Source of the DNA: Torpedo marmorata
Taxonomy: Eukaryota
Length of the DNA: 64,000 nucleotides
Direction of reading: 5' to 3'
NCBI GenBank assembly: GCA_977017645.1
Contig: OZ360251.1
Location: forward strand, 17,484,001-17,548,000
Shown here: piece after piece, positions 22,606-34,377 of the stretch
Position numbering within the stretch: the stretch's first letter is position 1
How the letters are laid out: the number at the start of each line of letters is the position of its first letter
Made by a program: the position numbers and the translations under genes
The notes under the pieces: generated by a model
What the model was told of the DNA's origin: nothing
Seen by the model: only the letters and a program-made list of their open reading frames with translations
Databases searched by the model: none

Positions 22606-25600
22606 AGAGAGAGAGCGCATGTGAGAGAGAGCGCGCGAAAGAGAGAGAGGGACTACGAATGAGAGAGCGCAAGAGACCACGAAAGAGAGAGCGTGCAAGA
22701 GCGCGTGCGAGAGCGAGCGAGAGAGAGAGCCAGAGAAAGAGCGCGCGAGAGAGCGCGAAAGACAGCACGAAAGAGAGCAGAGAAGGAGAGAGACAGAGAG
22801 AAAGAGACAGAGTGAAAGAGAGAGCGAGAAAGAGAGACAGAGCAAAAGAGAGCGCGAAAGAGAGAGCGCGAAAGAGAGAGAGAGCGAAAGAGAGACAGAG
22901 CGAAAGACAGAGCGAAAGAGAGACAGAGCGAAAGAGAGACAGAGCAAAAGAGAGACAGAGCAAAAGAGAGACAGAGCAAAAGAGAGAGAGAGCAAAAGAG
23001 AGAGAGAGCAAAAGAGAGAGAGAGCAAAAGAGAGAGAGCGAAAGAGAGAGAGCGAAAGAGAGAGAGCGAAAGAGAGAGAGCGAAAGAGAGAGAGCGAAAG
23101 AGAGAGAGCGAAAGAGAGAGCGAAAGAGAGACAGTGCGAAAGAGAGACAGAGCGAAAGAGAGACAGAGCGAAAGAGAGACAGAGCGAAAGAGAGACAGAG
23201 CGAAAGAGAGCGAAAGAGAGACAGAGCGAAAGAGAGACAGAGCGAAAGAGAGACCGAGCGAAAGAGAGAGCGAAAAAGAGAGAGAGCGAAAGAGAGATAG
23301 AGCGAAAGAGAGACAGAGCGAAAGAGAGACAGAGCGAGACAGTGCGAAAGAGAGACAGAGCGAAAGAGGGAGAGCGAAAGAGAGACAGAGCGAAAGAGAG
23401 ACAGAGCGAAAGAGAGAGAGCGAAAGAGAGAGAGTGAAAGAGAGAGAGCGAAAGAGACAAAGCGAAAGAGAGAGACAGAGCGAAAGAAACAGAGCGGAAG
23501 AGACAGAGCGAAAGAGACAGAGCAAAAGAGACAGAGCAAAAGAGACAGAGCGAAAGAGAGACAGAGCGAAAGAGAGACAGAGCGAAAGAGAGACAGAGCG
23601 AAAGAGAGACAGAGCGAAAGAGAGAACGAAAGAGAGAGCGAAAGAGAGACAGACCAAAAGAGAGAGAGAGCGAAAGAGAGACGGAGCGAAAGAGAGCTAA
23701 AGATAGAGCGAAATAGAGCTAAAGAGAGACAGAGCAAAAGAGAGAGCGAAAGAGAGAGAGCGAAAGAGAGACAGAGCGAAAGAGAGACAGAGCGAAAGAG
23801 ACAGAGCGAAAGAGACAGAGCGAAAGAGACAGAGCGAAAGAGACAGAGCGAAAGAGAGAGAGAGCGAAAGAGAGAGAGAGCGAAAGAGAGAGAGAGCGGA
23901 AGAGAGAGAGCGGAAGAGAGAGCGAGAGAGAGAGCGAAAGAGAGAGAGAAAGCGGAAGAGAGAGAGCGAAAGAGAGAGAACAAAAGAGAGACAGAGCGAA
24001 AGAGTGACAGAGCGAAAGAGAGACAGAGCGAAAGAGAGAGAGAGCGAAAGAGACAGAGCGAAAGAGACAGAGCGAAAGAGAGACAGAGCGAAAGAGACAG
24101 AGCGATAGAGAGACAGAGCGATAGAGAGACAGAGCGATAGAGAGAGAGCGAAAGAGAAACAGAGCGAAAGAGAGTCAGAGCGAAAGAGAGACAGAGCGAA
24201 AGAGAGCGAGAGACAGAGCGAAAGAGAGAGAGCGAAAGAGAGAGCGAAAGAGAGAGAGAGCAAAAGAGTGAGAGAGAGCGAGAGACAGAGCAAAAGAGAG
24301 AGAGCGAAAGAGAGACAGAGCAAAAGAGAGAGCGAAAGAGACAGAGCGAAAGAGAGAGCGAAAGAGAGACAGAGCGAAAGAGAGAGAGAGCGAAAGAGAG
24401 ACAGAGCGAAAGAGAGACAGAGCGAAAGAGAGACAGAGCGAAAGAGAGACAGACCGAAAGAGAGAGGGAGCGAAAGAGAGACGGAGCGAAAGAGAGTGCG
24501 AAAGAGACAGAGCGAAAGAGACAGAGCGAAAGAGAGACAGAACGAAACAGAGACAGAGCGAAAGAGAGACAGAGCGAAAGAGAGACAGAGCGAAAGAGAG
24601 ACAGAGCGAAAGAGAGAAAGCAAAAGAGAGAAAGCGAAAGAGACAGAGAGCGAAAGAGAGAGAGAGCGAAAGAGAGAGAGAACGAAAGAGAGAGAGAGAG
24701 CGAAAGAAACAGAGCTAAAGAGGGAGAGAGCGAAAGAGAGAGATCAAAAGAGAGAGAGCGAAAGAGGGAGAGAGCGAAAGAGAGATCGAAAGAGAGAGAG
24801 CGAAAGAGACAGAGCGGAAGAGACAGAGCGAAAGAGAGAGATCGAAAGAGAGAGAGAGCGAAAGAGGGAGAGAGCGAAAGAGAGAGATCGAAAGAGACAG
24901 AGCGAAAGAGACAGAGCGAAAGAGACAGAGCGAAAGAGACAGAGCGAAAGAGACAGAGCGGAAGAGACAGAGCGGAAGAGACAGAGCGGAAGAGACAGAG
25001 CGGAAGAGACAGAGCGGAAGAGAGACAGGGCGAAATAGAGAGCGAAAGAGAGAGAGAGCGATAGAGAGACAGAGCGATAGAGAGACAGAGCGATAGAGAG
25101 ACAGAGCGAAAGAGAGACAGAGCGAAAGAGAGACAGAGCGAAAGAGAGACAGAGCGAAAGAGACAGAGCGAAAGAGAGACAGAGCGAAAGAGAGACAGAG
25201 CGAAAGAGAGAGCGAAAGAGAGAGAGCGAAAGAGAGCGAAAGAGAGAGCGAAAGAGAGAGAGAGCAAAAGAGTGAGAGAGAGCGAAAGAGACAGAGCGAA
25301 AGAGAGAGCGAAAGAGACAGAGCGAGAGAGAGCGAAAGAGAGCAAAAGAGTGAGAGAGAGCGAAAGAGAGACAGAGCGAAAGAGGGACAGAGCGAAAGAG
25401 AGAGAGCGAAAGAGATAGAGCGCGAAAGAGAGAGCGAAAGAGAGAGCAGAAGAGAGAGAGAGCGAAAGAGACAGAGCGAGAGAGAGACAGAGCGAAAAAG
25501 AGACAGAGCGAAAGAGAGACAGAGCGAAAGAGAGACAGCGAAAGAGAGACAGCGAAAGAGAGAGAGAGCAAAAGAGAGAGCAAAAGAGTAGAGAGCGAAA

Positions 25601-28450
25601 GAGAGACAGAGCGAAAGAGAGACAGAGCGAAAGAGAGACAGAGCGAAAGAGAGACAGAGCGAAAGAGAGACAGAGCGAAAGAGAGAGAGCGAAAGAGAGC
25701 GAGCGAGAGAGAGCGAAAGACAGAGAGCGAAAGAGAGAGAGCGAAAGAGAGAAAGAGCGAAAGAGAGACAGAGCGAAAGAGAGACAGAGCGAAAGAGACA
25801 GAGCGGAAGAGACAGAGCGGAATAGAGAGCGAAAGAGAGAGAGCGAAAGAGAGAGAGAGCGAAAGAGACAGAGCGAAAGAGAGAGAGCGAAAGAGAGCGA
25901 AAGAGAGAGAGAGCGAAAGAGACAAAGCAAAAGAGAGAGACAGAGCGAAAGAAACAGAGCGGAAGAGACAGAGCGAAAGAGACCGAGCAAAAGAGACAGA
26001 GCGAAAGAGAGACAGAGCGAAAGAGAGACAGAGTGAAAGAGAGAGAGAGCGAAAGAGAGACAGAGCGAAAGAGAGACAGAGCAAAAGAGAGAACGAAAGA
26101 GAGACAGTGCGAAAGAGAGAACGAAAGAGAGAGCGAAAGAGAGACAGACCAAAAGAGAGAGAGAGCGAAAGAGAGACGGAGCGAAAGAGAGCTAAAGACA
26201 CAGAGCGAAATAGAGCTAAAGAGAGACAGAGCAAAAGAGAGAGCGAAAGAGAGCGAAAGAGAGACAGAGCGAAACAGAGACAGAGCGAAAGAGACAGAGC
26301 GAAAGAGAGAGAGAGCGAAAGAGAGAGAGAGCGAAAGAGAGAGAGAGCGAAAGAGAGAGAGAGCGAAAGAGAGAGAGAGCGGAAGAGAGAGAGCGGAAGA
26401 GAGAGAGAGCGGAAGAGAGAGAGCGAAAGAGAGAGAACAAAAGAGAGACAGAGCGAAAGAGAGACAGAGCGAAAGAGAGACAGAGCGAAAGAGAGAGAGC
26501 AAAAGAGACAGAGCGAAAGAGAGACAGAGCGAAAGAGAGACAGTGCGAAAGAGACAGAGCGATAGAGAGACAGAGCGATAGAGAGACAGAGCGATAGAGA
26601 GACAGAGCGATAGAGAGACAGAGCGATAGAGACAGAGCGATAGAGAGAGCGAAAGAGAAACAGAGCGAAAGAGATACAGAGCGAAAGAGAGCGAAAGAGA
26701 CAGAGCGAAAGAGAGCAAAAGAGAGAGAGCAAAAGAGAGAGCGAAAGAGAGAGAGAGCAAAAGAGTGAGAGAGAGCGAGAGACAGAGCGAAAGAGAGAGA
26801 GCGAAAGAGAGACAGAGCGAAAGAGACAGAGCGAAAGAGAGAGCGAAAGAGAGACAGAGCGAAAGAGAGACAGAGCGAAAGAGAGAGAGCGAAAGAGAGA
26901 CAGAGCGAAAGAGAGACAGAGCGAAAGAGAGACAAAGCGAAAGAGAGACAGAGCGAAAGAGAGAGCGAAAGAGAGACAGACCAAAAGAGAGAGAGAGCGA
27001 AAGAGAGACGGAGCGAAAGAGAGTGAAAGAGAGAGCGAAAGAGACAGAGTGAAAGAGTCAGAGTGAAAGAGAGAGAGTGAAAGAGACAGAGCGAAAGAGA
27101 CAGAGCGAAAGAGAGAGAGAGCGAAAGAGAGAGAGTGAAAGAGAGCGAAAGAGACAGAGTGAAAGAGACAGAGCGAAAGAGAGACAGAGCGAAAGAGAGA
27201 GAGCGAAAGAGAGTGAAAGAGAGAGAGCGAAAGAGAGAGAGCGAAAGAGAGAGCGAAAGAGACAGAGTGAAAGAGTCAGAGTGAAAGAGAGAGAGTGAAA
27301 GAGAGACAGAGCGAAAGAGACAGAGTGAAAGAGAGAGAGTGAAAGAGACAGAGCGAAAGGGAGTGAGACAGAGCGAAAGAGACAGAGTGAAAGAGAGATA
27401 GAGCGAAAGATAGATAGTGAAAGAGAGACAGAGCGAAAGAGACAGAGCGAAAGAGAGAGCGAAAAAGACAGAGCGAAAGAGAGAGCGAAAGAGACAGAGT
27501 GAAAGAGACAGAGTGAAAGAGACAGAGTGAAAGAGACAGAGCAAAAGAGAGACAGAGCGAAAGAGACAGAGCGAAAGAGAGAGTGAAAGAGAGAGCGAAA
27601 GAGACAGAGCAAAAGAGAGACAGAGCGAAAGAGACAGAGCGAAAGAGAGACAGAGCGAAAGAGAGACAGAGTGAAAGAGAGATAGAGCGAAAGATAGATA
27701 GTGAAAGAGAGACAGAGCGAAAGAGAGAGCGAAAGAGAGAGAGTGAAAGAGAGAGAGCGAAAGAGAGACAGAGCGAAAGAGAGACAGAGCGAAAGAGAGT
27801 GAAAGAGAGAGAGCGAAAGAGAGAGAGCGAAAGAGAGAGCGAAAGAGACAGAGTGAAAGAGTCAGAGTGAAAGAGAGAGAGTGAAAGAGAGACAGAGCGA
27901 AAGAGACAGAGTGAAAGAGAGAGAGTGAAAGAGACAGAGCGAAAGGGAGTGAGACAGAGCGAAAGAGACAGAGTGAAAGAGAGATAGAGCGAAAGATAGA
28001 TAGTGAAAGAGAGACAGAGCGAAAGAGACAGAGCGAAAGAGAGAGCGAAAAAGACAGAGCGAAAGAGAGAGTGAAAGAGACAGAGTGAAAGAGACAGAGT
28101 GAAAGAGACAGAGCAAAAGAGAGACAGAGCGAAAGAGACAGAGCGAAAGAGAGAGTGAAAGAGAGAGCGAAAGAGACAGAGCGAAAGAGAGAGAGTGAAA
28201 GAGACAGAGTGAAAGAGACAGAGCGAAAGAGAGAGAGTGAAAGAGACAGAGTGAAAGAGACAGAGCGAAAGAGAGAGAGTGAAAGAGAGAGCGAAAGAGA
28301 GACAGAGCGAAAGAGAGTGAAAGAGAGAGCGAAAGAGAGAGAGCGAAAGAGAGAGAGTGAAAGAGAGAGAGCGAAAGAGAGACAGAGCAAAAGAGAGACA
28401 GAGCGAAAGAGAGACAGAGCGAAAGAGAGACAGAGCGAAAGAGACAGAGA
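22605..28450. repeat. ~5.8-kb GA-rich satellite, unit ~12-16 bp (GAGCGAAAGAGAGACA and variants)
   Basis: Continuous tandem array; a GAGTGAAA variant dominates after ~27020. Confidence 0.97.
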
Positions 28451-29130
28451 GGGGAGAAACAGAGAAAATATAGCACAGTAACAGTTAAAAGTAATGCAGG
28501 TGAAAATTCATCACCCACGTGCTGATGTACTGACAATCAAAGGGGGCACTGAATACACAAATAAAGAGACAGTAGTGGACATTCCCCTTTCAGTGCTGGG
28601 ATTGATAGGTGACTGCGCTGGGCGACTAGTCCGCGGGCTGCACGGAGCTCGTCACCTCTGTACATGTAGTGGGTGGTTCCTCTGTTCCTAGTCATGGAAC
28701 GAACTGCCAATCTGGAAGTTCCCATGCTTCCTGCATTTCAACATTAGCTGTACATCGCTTCCTCTGAACCTAGTCAAGTATCAATGGAATTCTTTGGGAT
28801 AAGACCTAGTGCTTGGTAAAAAAAAAAAAGTTCCAATATCCCACTAAGGAATATTTCGGAAACATATCCTGGCTTTCTGATCCCAGTCCAATTTCACAAC
28901 CGCCTCAGGCGGTCAGTGACTCAGTGGAAAGCCTGATTTAATTTTTCTCACAGGACAATGACTAAGCAATGTTAAGTTTGTGGTTGAATCCTCTAATCTA
29001 GAACAATGACTATATCCAAGCATACATTCCATCTGATTTGTTAAATCCCACACTGAGGCCCTTCAGCCCATCAATACAGCCCTTTATGACGAAAATCCAA
29101 AGATCGGCCATGTCTCACATGTTCTGTCCT

Positions 29131-29570
29131 TATAGAACATTGAACATTACTGAATAGTACAGGCCCTTCAGCCCATGATGCTGTGCCAACCTACATATAT
29201 AAACCTACTCAACAAACTAAACCTTCCCAACCTCACACCCATTACCCTCTATTTTTCTTTCATCCATGTGCCTGTCAAAGAGTTTTTTAAATGTCCCAAA
29301 TGTTCCAGCCTCCACCACCAACCCTGGCAAGGCATTCCAGGCACCCACAACTCATTGTGTAAAAAACTTACCCCTGACGTCTCCCCTAAACTTTGCTCCC
29401 TTCACGCTGGTGTTTGCTACTTCTGCCCTGGGAAAAGGGATAATCTTGTAGACATCTATTAAGTCACCTCTCATCCTTCATTTCTCCAAAGAGAAAGCCT
29501 TAGCTCTGCTAACATTGCCTCATAAGACACGTTATCCAATCCCGGCAACATCCTGGTAAATCTCCTCCTT
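29131..29570 (-). mobile_element. CR1 LINE, 3' fragment
   Basis: TAGAACA tail, AGGCCCTTCAGCCC; homologous to 38583-38900. Confidence 0.8.
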
Positions 29571-29978
29571 TCTCTGACCTTTGTCTTTTATTCTCCCCTG
29601 ACAGAAGGACTTGGATGTAACGAGCCTGTCCAACAGCTCTCTACGTAGAAATGCCACCCCTTGGTTTCTCAGCTGAGTCTCAATGACAGCAAGAGTTAAC
29701 ATTGCTGTTTCCCTTCCACCTAAAACCTTACATTTTAAAATATCTACCGTCTCCCCTCGATTTCCCCTGCTTGTGTGGTGAAAGCATTTGTACCTGGGTC
29801 CATGTAAATTCCCCCTCTGGTTATCATTTCACGTGCTGTTTCAAAATACTAGAATGGCAACAATCTCCCCTTGTTATTTGGGGTGGAAGACCTTTCGCCG
29901 TTGCCTGTTCTGGTCTATAGCATAGGCCAGTCCCAACAACTCGTCTTCATCCACAAAAATCACTGGACAATCTGGAGT

Positions 29979-30216
29979 AGGGCCACACGGTTAGCGCAAC
30001 GCTGTTACAGCGCCAGCGACCCGGGTTCAAATCCCGTGCTGTCTGTAGGGAGTTTGTACGTTCTCCCCGTGTCTGCGTGGGTTTCCTCCGGGTGCTCTGG
30101 TTTCCTCCCACCCTTCAAAAACGTACCAGGAGTTGTAGGTCAATTGGGTGTAATTGGGCGGCACGGGCTCGTGGGCCGAAAGGGTCTGTTACCGTGCTGT
30201 ATGTCTAAATTTAAAA
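29979..30216 (+). mobile_element. V-SINE (HE1-like)
   Basis: Same structure as 17056-17302. Confidence 0.85.
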
Positions 30217-30512
30217 TCATAAACCCTACCTGGTTGACTGAAATCCTTCAGGGAAGGAAATCTGCCACGGTTACCTGGTTTGGGTGCTGTTCAACTCAAT
30301 AAATCCCTTGTGATTCAACTGTCTTCTGACCATGCCTAACAAACAGTTGTCATCAGCTTTTCAATGGATGGACAATAAATGCTCATCAGTGCTGCCCAGA
30401 TCCCAAGAAATAAGTAAGCTTTAACAAGCATGGTTCATCCTGCCTGGGCACTCTGCAGGGATGGTAATGAATGGATCTGGCCCCGTCCTAAGAACGTATC
30501 TATGACTCTCAC

Positions 30513-30594
30513 CTTCAGCAGATCATCTTGCAGCTGTTTCAGGAGGACCTCGAGCTGGTAAACTTTCCCCGTCAGTGCTAATGCTGGCTCATTG
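30513..30594 (-). CDS. SIPA1L3: SIPA1L3-like exon
   Basis: ttccag/…/gtgaga boundaries; (S)NEPALALTGKVYQLEVLLKQLQDDLLK; 82 nt, phases fit both neighbours. Confidence 0.92.
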
Positions 30595-30667
30595 CTGGAA
30601 CAGAAAACACATTCATTACATTCAAGGCAATGTGCAGCTATACCCTGAATGATATCCTGAATATCAT

Positions 30668-30810
30668 TCCTTGAAGAAGGGCTCAGGACCGAAATGTCGG
30701 TAATATATCTTTACCTCCTATGGACGCTGCGTGACCGGCTGAGTTCCTCCAGCATTTACTGTATGTTTTTACTACAATCACAGCGTCTGCAGACTTTCGT
30801 GTTTCACTCA
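30668..30810 (+). mobile_element. Penelope-like pLTR fragment
   Basis: CCTTGAAGAAGGGCTCAGG..CGAAA..GTCGG...GCTGAGTTCCTCCAGCA...GTGTTTCACT; this repeat follows GIY-YIG coding sequence at 49714-50160. Confidence 0.75.
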
Positions 30811-30925
30811 GCTATATCCTGGGTCTCAGAAGCTTCAATCCCATACCAAAGATTTGAGAACAAAGTCCAGGCCAATTCTCCAGTACTGAGGGAGTGCTAC
30901 AACGTTGGAGGTGCTGTCTCTCAGA

Positions 30926-31312
30926 GAGAACCATAGAACAATGGTAGGGATGATGAGAGACGGAGGTCAGGAGTGAAGGAGCATGCAGAGTAACAGACCC
31001 TTTAGCCCATCCCGTTCATGCTGAACTATTTTTCCCACCTAATCCCATTGACCTGCATACCTCTCCCATCCATGTACCAGTCCTTATCTTAAATGTCAAA
31101 ATCGAATCTGCATCCACCACTTCAGCTGTCAGTTCATTGCACACTCTCACCACCCTCTGAGTGAAGAAGTTCCCCCTAATGTTCCCCTTAAACATTTCAC
31201 CTTTAACCCATGTCCCCTTGTTCTTGTCTCACCGATTCACCTAACATCAGTGGAGAAAGCCTGTTTGCATTTACCCTATCTATACCCCTCAAAATTTTGT
31301 ATACTTCTATCC
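30926..31312 (-). mobile_element. CR1 LINE, 3' fragment
   Basis: AGAACCATAGAAC tail; homologous to 31820-32253. Confidence 0.8.
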
Positions 31313-31489
31313 CCTCTTCTCCAACATGAATCCACATCACCACTAGCCCATTGGAACTCAGCTTACCTAGGTCTTAACCTAACAACTAAACCCTGAAAAC
31401 ATTGCAATCCTACATTAGTGTTCATATTGAAAGCATCCATTGTAGCATTAAGTTCTCTCCGAGCATGCAGAGCAGAATTTATTAAACCC

Positions 31490-31730
31490 TTTAGCGGTTA
31501 GTGAGGCAGTTAGTGCAATGCTATTACAGCACCAGTGATCCGGGTTCGAATCCGGCGCTATCTGTAAGGAGTTTGTACATTCTCCCTGTGTCTGTGTGGA
31601 TTTCCTCCGGGTGCTCCGGTTTCCTCCCGCCGTTCAAATACGTAAGGGGGACGTAGGTTAATTGGGCGGCACGGGCTCGTGGGCCGGAAGGGCCTGTTAC
31701 CGTGCTGTATGTCTAAATTTAAATTTATAA
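31490..31730 (+). mobile_element. V-SINE (HE1-like)
   Basis: B-box GGTTCGAATCC, V-domain and CR1-like tail. Confidence 0.85.
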
Positions 31731-31819
31731 TTAAACTAAAACATTTCAGCATCGGGCAATACTCTTCAGGTAAAGTGATATAGGATTGTGTCTGTCATCA
31801 ATAACAAAGAGAAAAGGTA

Positions 31820-32253
31820 ATCATAGAACCATAGAACACTACAGCACAGAAACAGGCCCCTTCGGCCCTTCTAGTCTGTGCCGAACCATTTTTTTTTGCC
31901 TCGCCCCACTGACCTGCACCCAGTCCATAACCCTCCATACCTCTCCCATCCATGTACTTGTCCAAATCCTTCTTAAATGTTAAAATTGAGCCCGCATTCA
32001 CCACCTCAGCTGGCAGCTCGTTCCACACTCCCACCACTCTCTGTGTGAAGAAGTTCCCCTCATGTTCCCCCTAAACTTTTCCCCTTTCACTCTTAACCCG
32101 TGTCCTCTGGTTTGTATCTCACCTACCCTCAGTGGAAAAAGCCTACCAACATTTACTCTGTCTAGACCCCTCATAATTTTAAATACCTCTATCAAATCTC
32201 CCCTCATTCCTCTACGCTCCAGGGAATAAAGCCCTAACCTGTTTAACCTTTCC
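31820..32253 (-). mobile_element. CR1 (HER1-like) LINE, 3' fragment
   Basis: RGDLIEVFKIMRGLDRV...TRGHGLRVKG...WNELPAEVV; (CATAGAA)n tail. Confidence 0.9.
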
Positions 32254-32677
32254 CGTTGTAGTATTCATGAAGAGAGAGCAATGCAAAGGTAGTTAGTATT
32301 AGAGTGCTGACTGATTCTACAAGTTTGACCAGTGATACCGGCTTTAATGCCTTCTGCACTTTCATGCCCTGTCCACCTCGGTAACTCAGTCCTGTGAATG
32401 AGCAGCAGGGAAGGGTCCACTAACAGGTTGGGTGGGCATTAACCCATCTTTCCCTTTCTCAGAGATGGTCTCACCTCAGCCTTGCACCAGTTTCTACGCT
32501 GCAGAGATCATGAAAATGGTGGGGATGATGAGAGACGGAGGTCAGGACTGAAGGAGCACGCATAAACTGAGGGAGGAATACCATTGCCACGTTTCAGCTT
32601 GACACAAGGACCCGATGTAACAGAGGGAACAAGCAGTCAGGAGCAATGGGAGGAATGGCAAAGGGAGAAGCAGTCAC

Positions 32678-32810
32678 CTTAAAATGTGTGGTGCTCTGGG
32701 GGAGGTCTGTCGCTCGAGGGCAATCCGTGTGTGCGCTAGATTGTAGGCCGGTCCAACCTCTGGTCCAACGGAGGCATCGTTTAATGAGAAGAGAGAAACT
32801 GCTCTCTGAA
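32678..32810 (-). CDS. SIPA1L3: SIPA1L3-like exon
   Basis: ttctag/…/gtgact boundaries; (V)QRAVSLFSLNDASVGPEVGPAYNLAHTRIALERQTSPRAPHIL(S); 133 nt. Confidence 0.9.
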
Positions 32811-32910
32811 CTAGAATAAAACAAAATCACAACAGAATAATCATTGTCAAGACGTGTTCTGGAGAAACCTTTTGTGTTGCTGGTCAGTATCTAGCCGCTG
32901 AGCCCAAGTT

Positions 32911-33147
32911 CGGCACGGTTAGTGTAATGGCTAGCGCAACACTATTACAGTGCCAGCGACCCGAGTTCAAATCTGGCGCTATCTGTAAGGAGTTTGTACG
33001 TTCTACCCGTGTCTGTGAGGGTTGCCTCCGGATGCTCTGGATTCCTTCCACCCTTCAAAGCGTACAGAGGTTGTAGGTTAATTGGGGTATTTGGGCGGCA
33101 CGGCCTCGTGGGCCGGAAGGACCTGTTACCGTGCTGTACGTCTAAAG
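32911..33147 (+). mobile_element. V-SINE (HE1-like)
   Basis: Same structure as the other copies. Confidence 0.82.
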
Positions 33148-33259
33148 TTAGGGCTCCAGAGATTAAACAACTACTGCTCTCACCGTCCATCTTCCCAGGC
33201 ATTCCAGGTGAAGCAGAACAAGTGACTACTTTGCAGAATCTGGTTAGTTAACAAGGATG

Positions 33260-33450
33260 CCCCTGATTTTCCAATCACCTATCAATTTAATTTCCCATCT
33301 CACTCCCACCCTGACCCCTCTCCCTCTTGGTCGACTCCTGCACTAGTCCAACAAATCCCAACACAAGCTCGAGTAACAGCATCTCATCTTCCATCTGGGC
33401 ATGTTGGAGCCCACGGAGCTCAAAATGGAATTCAACAGTTTCAGATAACC
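33260..33450 (+). mobile_element. Old Penelope-like GIY-YIG C-terminal fragment
   Basis: KLE*QHLIFHLGMLEP-like coding remnant, homologous to 46513-46590. Confidence 0.6.
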
Positions 33451-33807
33451 AGCCTTTCCTGTTTGTTCAGTTTGGTCAGTTCTGATGTACAGTCAGCATC
33501 TGCAATATTAACTCCGTTTTGCCTTTTTCAGAATTTATTGTCATGAACATGTCTCGAAATTCGTTGTTTTGCGGCAGCATCACAGTTCACTGATATTGTC
33601 CGATCTGCTGGGTATTTTTGTTTAAGACCTCCAGCATCTCACAGTCTCAATCCATTCTTTTGTTTCTTCCCTCCACCCACCCTTGTTCATCAATGAACTG
33701 TTCAGCACCGAAAACATTGCGTCACCGGGGTCACCTTTAGTGTCTACCCCTCTGTGCTCCCTCCTCCCCTTCCTGAAAGTAAAAACAGTTCGGAGTGAAA
33801 CAGAACT

Positions 33808-34025
33808 AACTCAGCAGGTCTCGCAGCATCCATAGGAGATAAAGATATATAACCAACATTTCGTCCCTATGTCCTTCGTCAAGGTATGCCTACCCTGAAG
33901 AAATTCTCCTCCTCTCTTCCACACCTTGAAGAAGGGCTCAGGCCCGAAACGTCGGTTATATATCTTTACCTCCTATGGACACTGCGAGACCAGCTGAGTT
34001 CCTCCAGCATTTCTGTGTTTTTAGT
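33808..34025. mobile_element. Penelope-like pLTR pair in inverted orientation
   Basis: 33808-33885 is the reverse complement of 33923-34000. Confidence 0.8.
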
Positions 34026-34082
34026 AAAAACAGTTTGTTTGAGGATTCACTGGTTTAAAGTGTTAACTCTATTTCACTCTCC

Positions 34083-34377
34083 ATTGCAGTAAATACACAA
34101 AATTGCTGGAGAAACTCACCAGGTCTCGCAGCGTCCAGAGGAGGCAAAGATATATAACCAATGTTTCAGGCCTGAGCATTTTGTCGAGCAAAAAGCAGGC
34201 AGGCCCCATACCTTTTTATTCAGGTGCCTGCCTGCTTTTTGCTCGACAAAAGGCTCAGGCCTGAAACGTTGGTTATATATCTTTGCCTCCTCTGGACGCT
34301 GCGAGACCTGGTGAGTTTCTCCAGCAATTTTGTGTATTTACTACAATCACAGCGTATGCAGACTTTCGTATTTCACT
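34083..34377. mobile_element. Penelope-like pLTR pair forming a near-perfect inverted repeat
   Basis: Arms 34083-34204 and 34226-34347, 3 mismatches. Confidence 0.88.

Noticed and set aside
22476-28536. Very long ORFs (up to 1216 aa; SLSLCLSFAL / ERAKERQS repeats)
   Set aside because: They are translations of the GA satellite, which lacks stop codons by composition, and they lie inside an intron.
28689-28730. Possible alternative last exon (tgcag|EAWELPDWQFVP*) on the minus strand
   Set aside because: Weak pyrimidine tract, no recognisable homology and no transcript evidence.
30860-30920. Ancient Deu-SINE-like fragment (CAGTACTGAGGGAGTGCT...GGAGGTGCTGTC)
   Set aside because: Too short and diverged to call without a profile search.
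32525-32551. C/D-box snoRNA (TGATGA...CTGA)
   Set aside because: The boxes are only ~16 nt apart, antisense to the host gene, and lack a terminal stem.
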